In this document: positions 11,886-23,085 of the stretch, piece after piece
Position numbering within the stretch: the stretch's first letter is position 1
How the letters are laid out: each line of letters opens with the position of its first letter
DNA from: an uncultured Veillonellaceae bacterium
GTDB lineage: Bacteria; Bacillota; Negativicutes; JARBTT01
DNA: 64,000 nucleotides
NCBI GenBank assembly: GCA_963805085.1
Contig: CAWDTA010000005.1
Location: forward strand, 352,001 to 416,000
Direction of reading: 5' to 3'
Position numbers and translations under genes: made by a program
The notes under the pieces: model-generated
What the model was told of the DNA's origin: nothing
Seen by the model: the letters and a program-made list of their open reading frames with translations, nothing else
Database searches by the model: none

Positions 11886-11927
11886 AAAACAGCTCTAGTA
11901 TCTTCGGATATTAGAGCTGTTTTTTTT
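11886..11927 (+). terminator. intrinsic terminator of fum-sdh operon
   Basis: AACAGCTCTAGTATC-TTCG-GATATTAGAGCTGTT + T run. Confidence 0.85.
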
Positions 11928-12141
11928 GATTAGAATTCTTCTGCATGAAGGCAACTAATTTTCTGAGGAGCTATTTATTCTATTTGGACTATGTGAAAGC
12001 CAATTTAATGCTATATTTTTGCAAAAAAATTTGAAATTTACTTAATTGTATATTTGCGCTTAGGAATGTAGTATAGTAAGATAAAATATGTAATGGAACC
12101 TTGTATGGGTTCAAAAAAGAAAACTAACTGGAGCGAATAAG

Positions 12142-12828
12142 ATGAATTTTGTCATTTCGAATAAAACCATATATGAGTCGACGCGTGAATATGCATATCG
12201 TGTGTTGAGTGAGAATATATTGAATCTAAATTTGATTCCTGGTACGGCCCTGTCGGAACAGGATATCGCAGTTTTATTGAACATAAGTCGTACACCGGTC
12301 CGCGAAGCCTTTATTCGTTTGGCACAGGAGAATTTATTGGATATTTTGCCACAAAAGGGAACCTATATAGCTCAAATTGATTTGCAGCAAGTTTCGGAAG
12401 CGAGATATTTGCGTGAAGTTATGGAACAAGCTATTATAAAGATTGCTTGTGTTAAATTTCCAACCAACGCATTGATAGAGTTAAATGCTTGTTTGAAAAA
12501 GCAGGAAGAATGTGTAGAAAAAGAAGACTATGATACATTTTTTCAACTTGATTGGGTCTTTCATGGCATTATTTTTAATGCTTGCGAAAAATCTCGTATA
12601 TGGCAATTGATTACGCAGATGAGCTTGAATTATACACGGGTTAGAATTTTGAACTTGAAGCATGGATATTATGAGTTGCCGAAGCTCTTTTCTCAGCATC
12701 AAAGTATTTTACAGGCGATTGCAAATAAAGAACCGATTCAAGGCGGAGAAATTGTTGAGTTGCATATTAATAAGGTTGTTGAGGATATAGAAGATTTAAA
12801 AAAAATATATGAAGGATATTTTAAATAA
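12142..12828 (+). CDS. GntR/FadR-family regulator
   Basis: wHTH ISRTPVREA, FCD domain. Confidence 0.9.
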   Translation: MNFVISNKTIYESTREYAYRVLSENILNLNLIPGTALSEQDIAVLLNISRTPVREAFIRLAQENLLDILPQKGTYIAQIDLQQVSEARYLREVMEQAIIKIACVKFPTNALIELNACLKKQEECVEKEDYDTFFQLDWVFHGIIFNACEKSRIWQLITQMSLNYTRVRILNLKHGYYELPKLFSQHQSILQAIANKEPIQGGEIVELHINKVVEDIEDLKKIYEGYFK

Positions 12829-12869
12829 GAGAAAGTCAGCATTAGAATTTGAACTGAAATAAAAAATAG

Positions 12870-12910
12870 TGGGCAGAAATAAAAGTACAATTGTATTTTA
12901 TTTCTGCCCA
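12870..12910. terminator. long hairpin after the GntR gene
   Basis: TGGGCAGAAATAAAA...TTTTATTTCTGCCCA inverted repeat. Confidence 0.6.
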
Positions 12911-13113
12911 TTTGAATTTGGGTAGATCAATCCTGGCATATAGATGTGTTCATGAAATTTACAAAATTCAAATAAATGAGAATTTCGATTTAAATCAGAG
13001 AATAAACGAGAATATAAAGTAAAATGTCAAAAAAATGGAGATTATCTCCATTTGCTGACATACTAGAATGGTAGTATATTAGCAAATGAAGATAGATATA
13101 TAGGGGGTATAGT

Positions 13114-14199
13114 ATGAAGATGACATTTCGCTGGTATGGGGAAAGAGATGACAAAATAACGTTGCAGCAGATTCAACAGATTCCTGGTATGCAAGGAATA
13201 GTAGGAGCTTTATTTGATATTCCTGTGGGGCAAGTATGGCCAATGGATAAAATTTTGCGTTTAAAATCGCAAATTGAAACGTATGGATTAGTCTTTGAGA
13301 CTGTTGAAAGTGTAAATGTACATGAAGATATCAAATTAGGACGCGTAAGCCGCGATCAATATATAGAAAATTATAATACGACTTTAAGAAATCTGGACAA
13401 AGCGGGTGTAAATGTTGTTTGTTATAATTTTATGCCGATTTTCGATTGGACGCGTACAGATTTGGCAAAACCTTTATATGATGGATCTACGGCATTGTCG
13501 TATGATTTTCATGTCATAAAAGATAAAGATCCAATTGCGCTGGCTAAAGAAATAGAAGAAAATAGTAATGGTTTTTTACTTCCGGGCTGGGAACCTGATC
13601 GGTTAAAAGAACTGAGACATTTATTTGAATTATACAGCGATGTGGATGAAGAAATGTTGTTTGCTAATCTAGCTTATTTTTTAAAGGCTGTAGTTCCAGT
13701 CGCTGAAGAATGTGGCATAAAGATGGCAATTCATCCAGATGACCCACCGTACTCTGTATTTGGCCTGCCGCGTATCGTAACGTCGAAAAAGAATTTGGAT
13801 AGAATTGTTTCTATGGTTGACAGTGCTAGTAATGCGTTGACGATTTGCAGTGGTTCTTTGGGAGCGAGCTTAGAAAATGATATCCCAGAAATTATCCGCT
13901 ATTTTGGCAAAAAAAATCGTGTAGCATTTGCGCATGTAAGAAATGTTCAAGTGCATGAACCTGGTGTTTTTAATGAAGTAGCGCATAAATCAAAGTATGG
14001 TTCTTTGGATATGTATGAAATTATGAAAGCTTTATATGATATAGATTTTAAAGGACCGATTCGTCCTGATCATGGTAGAATGATTTGGAATGAGGAAGGT
14101 CGTCCTGGGTATGGATTATATGATCGAGCTTTGGGGGCAAATTATTTAACTGGTTTATGGGATGCCATCTGTAGAGAAAATCATAGAACTGAATTTTAA
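13114..14199 (+). CDS. uxuA: mannonate dehydratase
   Basis: MKMTFRWYG, CYNFMP, AIHPDDPP, RPDHG, PGYGLYDRALG. Confidence 0.96.
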   Translation: MKMTFRWYGERDDKITLQQIQQIPGMQGIVGALFDIPVGQVWPMDKILRLKSQIETYGLVFETVESVNVHEDIKLGRVSRDQYIENYNTTLRNLDKAGVNVVCYNFMPIFDWTRTDLAKPLYDGSTALSYDFHVIKDKDPIALAKEIEENSNGFLLPGWEPDRLKELRHLFELYSDVDEEMLFANLAYFLKAVVPVAEECGIKMAIHPDDPPYSVFGLPRIVTSKKNLDRIVSMVDSASNALTICSGSLGASLENDIPEIIRYFGKKNRVAFAHVRNVQVHEPGVFNEVAHKSKYGSLDMYEIMKALYDIDFKGPIRPDHGRMIWNEEGRPGYGLYDRALGANYLTGLWDAICRENHRTEF

Positions 14200-14211
14200 G
14201 CAAAAGGAGAT

Positions 14212-15831
14212 GTGAGCATGTTATGTTTGAAAAGAGAACATTTGAAAGATAAAGAAGCCTGGAATCGTAGACATATTTCTTTATTTAGCTTCGATGATAA
14301 AAAAATGATAGCGAATAGTAAAAAACATCCACAGTGGATGCATTTTGGTCCAGGAAATATCTTTCGAGCGTTTATTGCTTCCTTACAGCAAGAACTTTTG
14401 GAAAAATGTGCAGTACAGACAGGGATTATAGCTGTCGCACCCTACGATGGCGAAGTCATTGAAAAAATATATCGTCCGCACGATAATTTGAGTCTGGTTG
14501 TTACAATGGAGCCTGATAATACTTTGGAGAAAAAAGTCATTGGCAGCATCAGTGAAAGTTTGATTTGCAGCCCGCAACAGAAAAAAGATTGGAAAAGACT
14601 GCAAGAAATATGGAGAAATCCTTCTTTACAAATTGTCAGTTTTACGATTACAGAAAAAGGTTATAAAATAACAGACTTCTTTGGCTATAAGCAAGAGGTC
14701 AAAGAAGATATTCAGAATGGATTGGAAATGCCGCAAAGTTTTCTTGGGAAAGTTACAGCCTTATTGTATGAACGTTATGTTGCTGGACAATTACCGATTG
14801 CATTGCTCAGTTTGGATAACTGTTCACATAATGGAGATAAATTGAAACAATCAATCCTTACTATAGCAAAGGCTTGTCAGGAAAAGGGCTTTTTAGAAGA
14901 GGAATTTATTGCGTATATTAATAATGTGAAGCAAGTTTCGTTTCCTTGCAGTATGATCGACAAAATTACGCCGCGTCCATCTAAAATGATACAGAAGATT
15001 TTGCAAGACGATGGCGTTACACAGATGGGGTTTATTTGCAGTCAGCATCAGAGTCATTATGCTCCTTTTGTCAATGCAGAAAAAACAGGCTATCTAGTGG
15101 TTGAAGACTGGTTCCCAAATGGACGCGGTCCTTTGGATACGGTTGGTGTTATACTTACGGATCGGCAAACAGTAGACCAGGTAGAACGCATGAAAGTCTG
15201 TACTTGCTTGAATCCGTTACATACAGCTTTAGCTGTTTTTGGCTGCTTGCTAGACTATGAATCTATTGCTTTGGAAATGCAAAATCCAATATTGAAAAAA
15301 CTGGTTGAAAAAATAGGGTATCAAGAAGGTATGCCGGTTGTGACGGATCCAGGGGTTATAAATCCACAAGACTTTTTGAAGGAAGTTATCGAAGTGCGTT
15401 TTCCAAATGCAAATATTCCTGATACTCCACAACGTATAGCAAGCGATACTTCTCAAAAGATAGGGATACGGTTTGGTGAAACATTAAAAGCTTATGCGAA
15501 AAGGCCTGATTTAGAGATTGGTGAGCTAATCTATATTCCGTTGACGATTGCCGGTTGGTGTCGCTATCTAATGGGTGTAGATGATAAAGGAAAAAACTTT
15601 GTAGTAAGCCCAGATCCTTTATTACTAGAGTTGCAAAAGAATATACAGAGCCTGCAGTTAGGAAATCCAGAGTCCTTGAAAAATCAATTGAAAGCTATTT
15701 TATCTAATCAAGAAATATTTGGAGTAGATTTATATAAAATTGGCTTAGGTAATAAAATCGAAGCATACGTAAAAGAAATGCTCGTAAGTGAGGGCGCTGT
15801 CGAAAGCGTGCTCATGAAATATCTAAGATGA
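14212..15831 (+). CDS. mannitol dehydrogenase-family protein (probable D-mannonate oxidoreductase, UxuB-like)
   Basis: HFGPGNIFRAF, TITEKGY, SLDNC, MIDKITP, LNPLHT; adjacent to uxuA. Confidence 0.85.
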   Translation: MSMLCLKREHLKDKEAWNRRHISLFSFDDKKMIANSKKHPQWMHFGPGNIFRAFIASLQQELLEKCAVQTGIIAVAPYDGEVIEKIYRPHDNLSLVVTMEPDNTLEKKVIGSISESLICSPQQKKDWKRLQEIWRNPSLQIVSFTITEKGYKITDFFGYKQEVKEDIQNGLEMPQSFLGKVTALLYERYVAGQLPIALLSLDNCSHNGDKLKQSILTIAKACQEKGFLEEEFIAYINNVKQVSFPCSMIDKITPRPSKMIQKILQDDGVTQMGFICSQHQSHYAPFVNAEKTGYLVVEDWFPNGRGPLDTVGVILTDRQTVDQVERMKVCTCLNPLHTALAVFGCLLDYESIALEMQNPILKKLVEKIGYQEGMPVVTDPGVINPQDFLKEVIEVRFPNANIPDTPQRIASDTSQKIGIRFGETLKAYAKRPDLEIGELIYIPLTIAGWCRYLMGVDDKGKNFVVSPDPLLLELQKNIQSLQLGNPESLKNQLKAILSNQEIFGVDLYKIGLGNKIEAYVKEMLVSEGAVESVLMKYLR

Positions 15832-15893
15832 GATACAGTAATGATAAATCAAGGTTAATAATATGTGTAAAAATATCGAGGGGAGAATAGGAA

Positions 15894-17441
15894 ATGTCAT
15901 TTTTGAATCGATTTATAGAAAATAAGAAAAAGAAAGTTACGTTATGGCGAGCTCTTAGTTATGGCGCTGCAGATATTATGGGTGGTAGCTCAAATATGTT
16001 AATTACAACATATTTAATGTTTTTTTATACAACATTTGTTGGCTTGACCCCAGTGGCAGCAGCATCAATTTTTGCTGGGGCAAAAATTATTGATGCGATA
16101 GCAAGTGTATGGATGGGAAGTCTTAGTGATACTTTCTATAATACGAAACTTGGAAAACTATTTGGACGTCGGCGCTTTTTCTTGCTCATTGGGTCTCCGC
16201 TTGTACTTACTTACGGATTATTATGGGTGAATGGACTCAATTATTGGTTTTATTTTTGTACTTATGTATTATTTGATATAGTAGCTACGGTTATTCTGAT
16301 TCCATTTGAAACTTTGCCGATGGAGATGACGACAGATTTTAATGAAAGAACATTGCTTTCAACTTGTAGAATGTTTATGTCAGGCGCTTTTAGTTCTATA
16401 TGTCCATTGATAGGTGCTGAAATTATTCATGTAATGGGAGAACATAATCCAAATGCTTATTTCGTTCTTGGTGGTAGCTTCGCAGTTTTCTATATGTGTT
16501 GCATATTTCTCACATATACATCTACATGGGAACGTAGCTATGAAGAATTTATGTCAACTAGAAAACTAGAACCACAAAAAATACAGCAATCCTTTTTTAG
16601 CTTTGAAGGGGTTAAGACACTGTGTCATATTGTTATTGACTATCTCTCTACCTTACGAGTGAGAGCTTTTAGACAACATTTAGCACTTTATTTATTAGGG
16701 GTTACTGCACAAGATATTTTTGTAACTGTGTTTATGTATTACGTTGTATTTGTAATTCATCAGACGACGTTATTTGGTGGATCGTTGCTGTCTATCAGTC
16801 TCATTAGTTTACCTTTGACGCCAATCAGTTATTGGTTATTCATTAGACTCGGACCGGCTAACTTATATAAAATTTGCTATACGATGGTTATTATGGGCTG
16901 CGTAGGCTATTATATTATGGCGATATCTCATGTAACAAATATTTTTTTATGGGCAATTATTATTTCAACGATTTATCAAATTGGTAAAGGATTTGTGTAT
17001 TCTAATCCATGGAATACATTCTCCTTTATTCCGGATGTGGATGAAATGATAACAACTAAGAGACGTGAAGGTTTGTTTGCTGCTATGATGACATTTTGCC
17101 GAAAACTGACGGGCTCAGTTGGTATGATAATTGTAGGAGCTGTCCTTGAATATGGCGGGTTTGTGAAACAAGCTAGTGAGCAACCTCCAACTGCTATTGA
17201 TAGTATTTTAAATATTCTACTTTTTGGTGTTGGTGGAATGACGTTTTTGGCATTGTTAGTAAGCTTTACTTTCACATTGAATAAAAAAAATCATGGGATT
17301 TTAATCGATGAAATACAACGGTTGAAGAATGGTGGATCGAAAGACGATGTTGATCCTAAAACAAAAAAAGTTGTCGAAAGCCTGACTGGTGTGGAATATC
17401 GTAAGCTTTATCCAACGCTCACTGATAAGCATAGCGCATAG
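15894..17441 (+). CDS. GPH/MFS oligosaccharide-uronide symporter
   Basis: Multiple TM helices, GRRRFFLL, PDVDEMITTKRREG. Confidence 0.85.
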   Translation: MSFLNRFIENKKKKVTLWRALSYGAADIMGGSSNMLITTYLMFFYTTFVGLTPVAAASIFAGAKIIDAIASVWMGSLSDTFYNTKLGKLFGRRRFFLLIGSPLVLTYGLLWVNGLNYWFYFCTYVLFDIVATVILIPFETLPMEMTTDFNERTLLSTCRMFMSGAFSSICPLIGAEIIHVMGEHNPNAYFVLGGSFAVFYMCCIFLTYTSTWERSYEEFMSTRKLEPQKIQQSFFSFEGVKTLCHIVIDYLSTLRVRAFRQHLALYLLGVTAQDIFVTVFMYYVVFVIHQTTLFGGSLLSISLISLPLTPISYWLFIRLGPANLYKICYTMVIMGCVGYYIMAISHVTNIFLWAIIISTIYQIGKGFVYSNPWNTFSFIPDVDEMITTKRREGLFAAMMTFCRKLTGSVGMIIVGAVLEYGGFVKQASEQPPTAIDSILNILLFGVGGMTFLALLVSFTFTLNKKNHGILIDEIQRLKNGGSKDDVDPKTKKVVESLTGVEYRKLYPTLTDKHSA

Positions 17442-17639
17442 CAGTATACACGAAGTATAAGAATTTGGAAAGTACGAAATAAGAGGTTCCTTTTCTGAAG
17501 GAGTTGTTACAAATATTTTTGATATTGAGAATATTCAGAATAATATGGATTCTAGTATCAATAATAAAGTAGATATCGTAAAGTATGTTGTCAAAATTGC
17601 CAAATAAATAGTGGATGAAATTATGAGGGGAGATTTATT

Positions 17640-19691
17640 ATGAGTAGTAGTTACGAATGCTGGTTTAAATATGATCGTGTTTTAAATGAGAAAATAAAAG
17701 ATGATTATCAAAAATATGCTGGGGTAATTTTTTTTAAGGAAGGCAATGCAGTTTTACAGACTGCGGTAGATGAGTTGGTGTTTGCTTTTGAAAAAATATT
17801 TGGTCATAGGCCAATGATTATTAACGAAAAACCGGACACTCCCCATGTTTTTGTGGGGACGGCAGCAGTTGCTGCTGATGAGTATGCAATTGAGGTTCCT
17901 CGTCCAATTAAACGTGAAGGTTTTAGTATAAAAAGCTATAAGCAAGATAATCATGCAGTATTACAGCTTATTGGCAATGATCCGAATGGTGTAATTTACA
18001 GTGTATTTCATCTCATAAAAGCCATTTTGTGTGAGAAGACGCTGTCGGAAGCTGTAATCGAATCGACGCCGAAAAATCAGTTGCGGATGATCAATCATTG
18101 GGACAATATTAGCGGGGACGTTGAGCGAGGTTATGCAGGTCAATCACTTTTCTTTGCGAACAATGCTATTCGCAAAGATTATTCTAGAGTTAAAGATTAT
18201 GCCAGAATACTTGCCTCCATTGGCATCAATGCATTGACGATTAACAATGTAAATGTACATCAGGAAGAAGCGTATTTTATAACCGATAAATATTTACCTG
18301 ATATTGCTCAATTTGCTAATATATTTAGAAAGTATGGTATTAAGCTCTTTTTAAGCGTGAATTTCGCGGCACCGATTCGAATTGGCCATTTACCAACAGC
18401 AGATCCAGGGGATGAAGAAGTAAAAAGCTGGTGGAAGAAAAGTGTTCAGAACATATATAAATATATTCCTGATTTTGGCGGATTTTTAATTAAAGCGGAT
18501 TCTGAGCATGAAGCTGGGCCGTTTTCCTATGGACGAAATCATGCTGAGGGTGCTAATGTATTAGCGGCCGCCCTTAAACCCTTTGATGGCCTAGTCATTT
18601 GGCGGGGGTTTGTTTATAATTGTGAACTCAATTGGCGTAATCGCGAATTTGATCGAGCAAGGGCTTCTTATGATAATTTCAAGCCACTTGATGGACAATT
18701 CATAGACAATGTAATCATTCAGGTGAAAAATGGCCCTGTTGATTTTCAGATCAGAGAACCCGTGCATCCACTCTTTGGCGCTATGGAAAAGACCAATGAA
18801 CTTTTAGAGGTACAGATTACTCAAGAATATACTGGGCAACAGAAAGATCTTTGTTATTTAGTGCCGATGTGGAAAGAATGCTTGGATTTTGATACGTATG
18901 CCAAAGGGGAAAATTCACCGGTGAAAGATGTAATCAGCGGTGAACTCTTTAAGAATACATATGGTGGTATGGTTGGCGTTTCCAATATTGGCGATGATAA
19001 GAGCTGGACGGGAAATCCGCTTGCTCAGGCAAATTTGTATGGATTTGGCATGCTCGCATGGAATCCAGATTTTACTTCTGAAGCAATTGCTGAGGAATGG
19101 ACAAAGCTTACTTTTGGTTTGACGGAAAAAGTAGCAAAGATTATTGTTAATATGCTTGTTTGCTCACGGCGTGTTTATGAAGATTATACCGTGCCATTAG
19201 GAATTGGCTGGATGGTTAATCCTAACCATCACTATGGACCTAGTGTAGATGGCTATGAATATGCGCGCTGGGGTACATATCATTATGCGGATTTTAAAGG
19301 GATTGGTGTAGATCGTACAGTTGCGACCGGGACTGGTTATGCTGGTCAATATAGATCGCCAATGGCTGAAATCTATGAAGCAGAGGAAACATGCCCCGAA
19401 GAATTGTTGCTGTTTTTCCACCATGTATCATATCAGTACAAATTAAAGAATGGTCAAACATTGCTTCAATATATATATAATACTCATTTTAAAGGGGTAG
19501 AAGCCGTAAAAGGATTTATTGATGATTGGCAATTATTACAAGATTATGTAGAGCCAGAAATTTTTGATGCTGTTGCAAAGAGGTTTATAGCGCAACTGAA
19601 CAATGCAGAAGAATGGCGAGATGTAGTTAATACTTATTTTTATAGAAAAACAGGCATTAAGGATGATTTGGGAAGAAAGATATATGAATAA
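17640..19691 (+). CDS. aguA: alpha-glucuronidase (GH67)
   Basis: RMINHWDN, ERGYAG, KADSE, KNGPVDFQIREP, QITQEYTGQQ. Confidence 0.93.
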   Translation: MSSSYECWFKYDRVLNEKIKDDYQKYAGVIFFKEGNAVLQTAVDELVFAFEKIFGHRPMIINEKPDTPHVFVGTAAVAADEYAIEVPRPIKREGFSIKSYKQDNHAVLQLIGNDPNGVIYSVFHLIKAILCEKTLSEAVIESTPKNQLRMINHWDNISGDVERGYAGQSLFFANNAIRKDYSRVKDYARILASIGINALTINNVNVHQEEAYFITDKYLPDIAQFANIFRKYGIKLFLSVNFAAPIRIGHLPTADPGDEEVKSWWKKSVQNIYKYIPDFGGFLIKADSEHEAGPFSYGRNHAEGANVLAAALKPFDGLVIWRGFVYNCELNWRNREFDRARASYDNFKPLDGQFIDNVIIQVKNGPVDFQIREPVHPLFGAMEKTNELLEVQITQEYTGQQKDLCYLVPMWKECLDFDTYAKGENSPVKDVISGELFKNTYGGMVGVSNIGDDKSWTGNPLAQANLYGFGMLAWNPDFTSEAIAEEWTKLTFGLTEKVAKIIVNMLVCSRRVYEDYTVPLGIGWMVNPNHHYGPSVDGYEYARWGTYHYADFKGIGVDRTVATGTGYAGQYRSPMAEIYEAEETCPEELLLFFHHVSYQYKLKNGQTLLQYIYNTHFKGVEAVKGFIDDWQLLQDYVEPEIFDAVAKRFIAQLNNAEEWRDVVNTYFYRKTGIKDDLGRKIYE

Positions 19692-19845
19692 AATGTAAAA
19701 TAATTAGGGGGAAATACTTTAAATTTAGCATTAATTTAGAAGAATATTATAGGAAGATAAAAGACTACATAATAATGATTATCAGTGACAAAGATACTTT
19801 GTCCGATATGTTTTTCATAATGAAAAATCATAAAAGGATGGATTT

Positions 19846-21204
19846 TTGATGAACATGATGATAAAAAATATGATTTATGGACTAATATCAGTGGTGATAT
19901 TTGGATTTTCTAGTACCGGATTTGCTCAGGCGAATCCATTTAGTGATGTTTCTAGAGGTAATTGGTCCTATGATGCTATAAAGCTCTTGATTCAGCAAAA
20001 CTTAGTTACGGGATATGATACTACAACGATAAAAGAAGATCAGATTTTGACAAGAGTTGAAATGGCGGTTATTGTAGCTAAGGCTATGTCCAAGGAAGAT
20101 ACGGCAAGCGACAATACAAAAAGGACTATTGATCAATTGGCAGTTGAATATGCAGAAGAATTAAAAGCTATTGGTGTAGTTCCAAAAGTTTCACAAAGTA
20201 AATTGGATAGGTTTACAGTAAATGGAATGGCTCGTGTTAGATTTGAAAAAGGAAAAACAAATGGTCCAACGGTAGATCAGGGGGGAATGGGAAAAAATTA
20301 TACACCCAATAGCCATATTAATCTAGATTTACTGTATAATTATCAACTTAATAAAGACTGGTCACTGTTTGGTGAATCTGAATTTGGTCGTCAGTTGAAT
20401 AGTGGTACGGAAAGTCAGACGTTGCAAAATTCTATATTTGAACAAATGTGTGTAATTGGCCCTGTAATCGGTATGAATGTAAAAATAGGTCGCTTTACCT
20501 CCGTTTCACCATATGGTATGGTATACGATGACAAAGTAACTGGTGTACAATTTACTTTCGGTAAAAAATTACAGACGATAATAGAATCAGGTAAAGCAAC
20601 TTCCACTGATGATGGGAATATTACTATTTATAGTGTTAATGATGGTACTGTTACTGCTACTAGTACTCCATACTCTTCTCAAATATATAATTCAGTTTTG
20701 CTTAAAACCCCCGTAAGTCCAGTGAGCAATGTGCAACTTGGTTATTATAAAATTGGTGCGTATTTAGGTCATGGGCAATCAGTGGTGCAAGATAAAAATA
20801 TAGGTTATGTTACAGGAGCATTTGATAGCAATTTTGCAAAAAATCTCAATTTACGTCTCGCTTTTAGTCATTCAAATGCAAGTGCCGTAAAAACGACTTG
20901 TTCTGATGGGACTACAATTGCAAGTAGCAAGACTTTGGGATATGTAGCTCGTATAGACTATAAAAAAGCAGATATTACTAAGATTGGAAGCTATGAGTGT
21001 TTTATTTTGTATAGAATGAGTCCACGATTATCCTGCTATAGCGATACTGATAACTGGCGGCAAAATGTAAAAGGTATTCGTGTTGGTTGCAAATATGTTA
21101 CTGATATCAATACAAAGCTTTACACCTGGTATACATTTGGTAAAGATGTCGACACAAATGCGAAGAATAACGAATACAGAGTAGAATATCAATTTTTTAT
21201 CTAA
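19846..21204 (+). CDS. SLH-domain outer-membrane porin (OmpM-like)
   Basis: Signal peptide then ANPFSDV..WSYDAI..TRVEMA SLH domain; beta-strand-rich C-terminus with aromatic end. Confidence 0.8.
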   Translation: MMNMMIKNMIYGLISVVIFGFSSTGFAQANPFSDVSRGNWSYDAIKLLIQQNLVTGYDTTTIKEDQILTRVEMAVIVAKAMSKEDTASDNTKRTIDQLAVEYAEELKAIGVVPKVSQSKLDRFTVNGMARVRFEKGKTNGPTVDQGGMGKNYTPNSHINLDLLYNYQLNKDWSLFGESEFGRQLNSGTESQTLQNSIFEQMCVIGPVIGMNVKIGRFTSVSPYGMVYDDKVTGVQFTFGKKLQTIIESGKATSTDDGNITIYSVNDGTVTATSTPYSSQIYNSVLLKTPVSPVSNVQLGYYKIGAYLGHGQSVVQDKNIGYVTGAFDSNFAKNLNLRLAFSHSNASAVKTTCSDGTTIASSKTLGYVARIDYKKADITKIGSYECFILYRMSPRLSCYSDTDNWRQNVKGIRVGCKYVTDINTKLYTWYTFGKDVDTNAKNNEYRVEYQFFI

Positions 21205-21373
21205 TTTGATCTTACTCCAAAGAATGATGTATTTTCCTTTATTTATGAAAAGACTTAGATACTTAAATGCCAATTTCGAGATAAATCGAGTAGACGGTTT
21301 AAATAACCGCCCGCTCAATAGAAATTAATGTATTAATGAATATCTTTCACTGATTTATACTTAAGCGAAAGGA

Positions 21374-22690
21374 ATGGTTATAAATATGAGAAAAAGTTGG
21401 TTAATAAGGTTTCTATTCTGCGGATTATTTTTGGTACAGATTTTTCAAAGTCCGGCTTTGTGTGCAGAGATGAATATTTCAAAGGATAAGTTTTTCATTT
21501 TTAATCCTCCAGCAAATACTATTAATGAAGTTATGAAAACAGAGTCTATTTCAACGCAGACAATAGTCGCAAATAAATGGGTTGGTACTTGGGCAACTTC
21601 ACCATACTTGGTTACAGAGTCTAATATACCGCCTAGTCCTGGACTTTCAAACAACACCTTACGCCAGATTATTCGTGTTTCAATTGGTGGAAATCAAATT
21701 CGATTAAAATTTTCTAATCAATATGGTAAATCTCCAATTACAATGAATTCGGTGCATTTGGCTGTATCAGATGGTAAAAGTTCAATTAAATCTGACACAG
21801 ATAAAGTATTAACCTTTGGTGGAAATGAATCTGTAACAATTCCAGCAGGCCAAACGATTACTTCAGATACGCTTAATTATGGTTTAGAAAAACTGGCTAA
21901 TATGGCTATTACAATATATTTTGGTAGTACCCCAACTGATCTAACTGGTCATCCGGGGTCTAGAACAACATCGTACTTGCAGTCTGATAATGCAGTTACT
22001 GAGTCAAGCCTGCCCACAGCAGTAACTACTGATCACTGGTACTTTATAACAGGAATGGATGTACTGGCCTCAGACAAGGCAGTGGTTGCTTTGGGCGATT
22101 CAATTACCGATGGGAGAGGTACAACAACAAACGCAAATAATAGATGGACTGATATTTTTGCTTCCTGTTTACAGAAAAATCCTGCTACATCTAACGTCGC
22201 AGTGCTTAATCAAGGAATTGGTGGGAATTCTGTACTGTCAGGTGGATTAGGTCCAGTAGCGGTTAAGAGATTTGACCGTGATGTGTTGGAACAAAGTGGT
22301 GTTCGTTATCTAATAATATTCGAGGGTATTAACGATATTGGATCAGAGAAATCTACCCTAAAATTATCAACAGATTTGATAAATAGCTATAAGAATTTCA
22401 TTAGTAAAGCACATGAGAAAAATATCCTTGTATATGGAGCGACAATTTTGCCGTGTGGCGGTTCAGGATATTATAGTGAGCTTCATGAACAAATAAGGCA
22501 GGCAGTAAATGATTGGATTAGGACAAGTCGTCAATTTGATGCAGTAATCGATTTTGATGCCGCATTAAGAGATTCAAACGTTGCAACAAGACTTTTGAGT
22601 ACTTATGATAGTGGTGATCATTTACATCCTAATCCAGAAGGATATAAAAGAATGGCAGAAGCAATAGATCTAAATTTATTTTCTAAATAG
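21374..22690 (+). CDS. secreted SGNH/GDSL hydrolase (probable carbohydrate esterase)
   Basis: GDSITDG, NQGIGGN, EGIND, DHLHP; signal peptide. Confidence 0.88.
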   Translation: MVINMRKSWLIRFLFCGLFLVQIFQSPALCAEMNISKDKFFIFNPPANTINEVMKTESISTQTIVANKWVGTWATSPYLVTESNIPPSPGLSNNTLRQIIRVSIGGNQIRLKFSNQYGKSPITMNSVHLAVSDGKSSIKSDTDKVLTFGGNESVTIPAGQTITSDTLNYGLEKLANMAITIYFGSTPTDLTGHPGSRTTSYLQSDNAVTESSLPTAVTTDHWYFITGMDVLASDKAVVALGDSITDGRGTTTNANNRWTDIFASCLQKNPATSNVAVLNQGIGGNSVLSGGLGPVAVKRFDRDVLEQSGVRYLIIFEGINDIGSEKSTLKLSTDLINSYKNFISKAHEKNILVYGATILPCGGSGYYSELHEQIRQAVNDWIRTSRQFDAVIDFDAALRDSNVATRLLSTYDSGDHLHPNPEGYKRMAEAIDLNLFSK

Positions 22691-22958
22691 AGGCAAGAAA
22701 GGGGCTGTAGTGCGCCCGGGTAAGGCATAACCCGCACCCCTGTGGCAAACGTTAAAAAGATGTTTTATGGGTATAACGGCAAAATAGCAGGCAGAAAGCT
22801 AAAGGTCTTCAATCTTCTATTGCTAAGTGCAAGAATCATAAAGAAAAGTATAAAATAAATAGCTTGTATATTAACGGATTTAATTGTATACTATAATTCG
22901 TGTCAGTAACAAATATGTTCGCCGCTTTTGATGTAAAAAGAATAAATAATTAAAAGTG

Positions 22959-22987
22959 TTGACATAATGATCTGCTACTGGTATAAT
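22959..22987 (+). promoter_or_regulatory. sigma-A promoter of tRNA pair
   Basis: Perfect TTGACA-N17-TATAAT just upstream of tRNA-Pro. Confidence 0.9.
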
Positions 22988-23002
22988 ATATTTTGTGGTT
23001 GA

Positions 23003-23079
23003 CGGGGCATGGCTCAGTTTGGTAGAGCACCTGGCTTGGGACCAGGGGGTCGCAGGTTCGAATCCTGCTGCTCCGACCA
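23003..23079 (+). tRNA. tRNA-Pro(TGG)
   Basis: Cloverleaf, anticodon loop CTTGGGA, GGTTCGAATCC, CCA end. Confidence 0.97.
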
Positions 23080-23085
23080 TTAATC

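Noticed and set aside
22710-22805. GTGCGCCCGGG start resembling a group II intron 5' end; a similar GCGTGTCCAGC...GGGTGAAATC follows the tRNA terminator at ~23211
   Set aside because: No domain V/VI or reverse transcriptase seen; can be explained as GC-rich hairpins; too short to support
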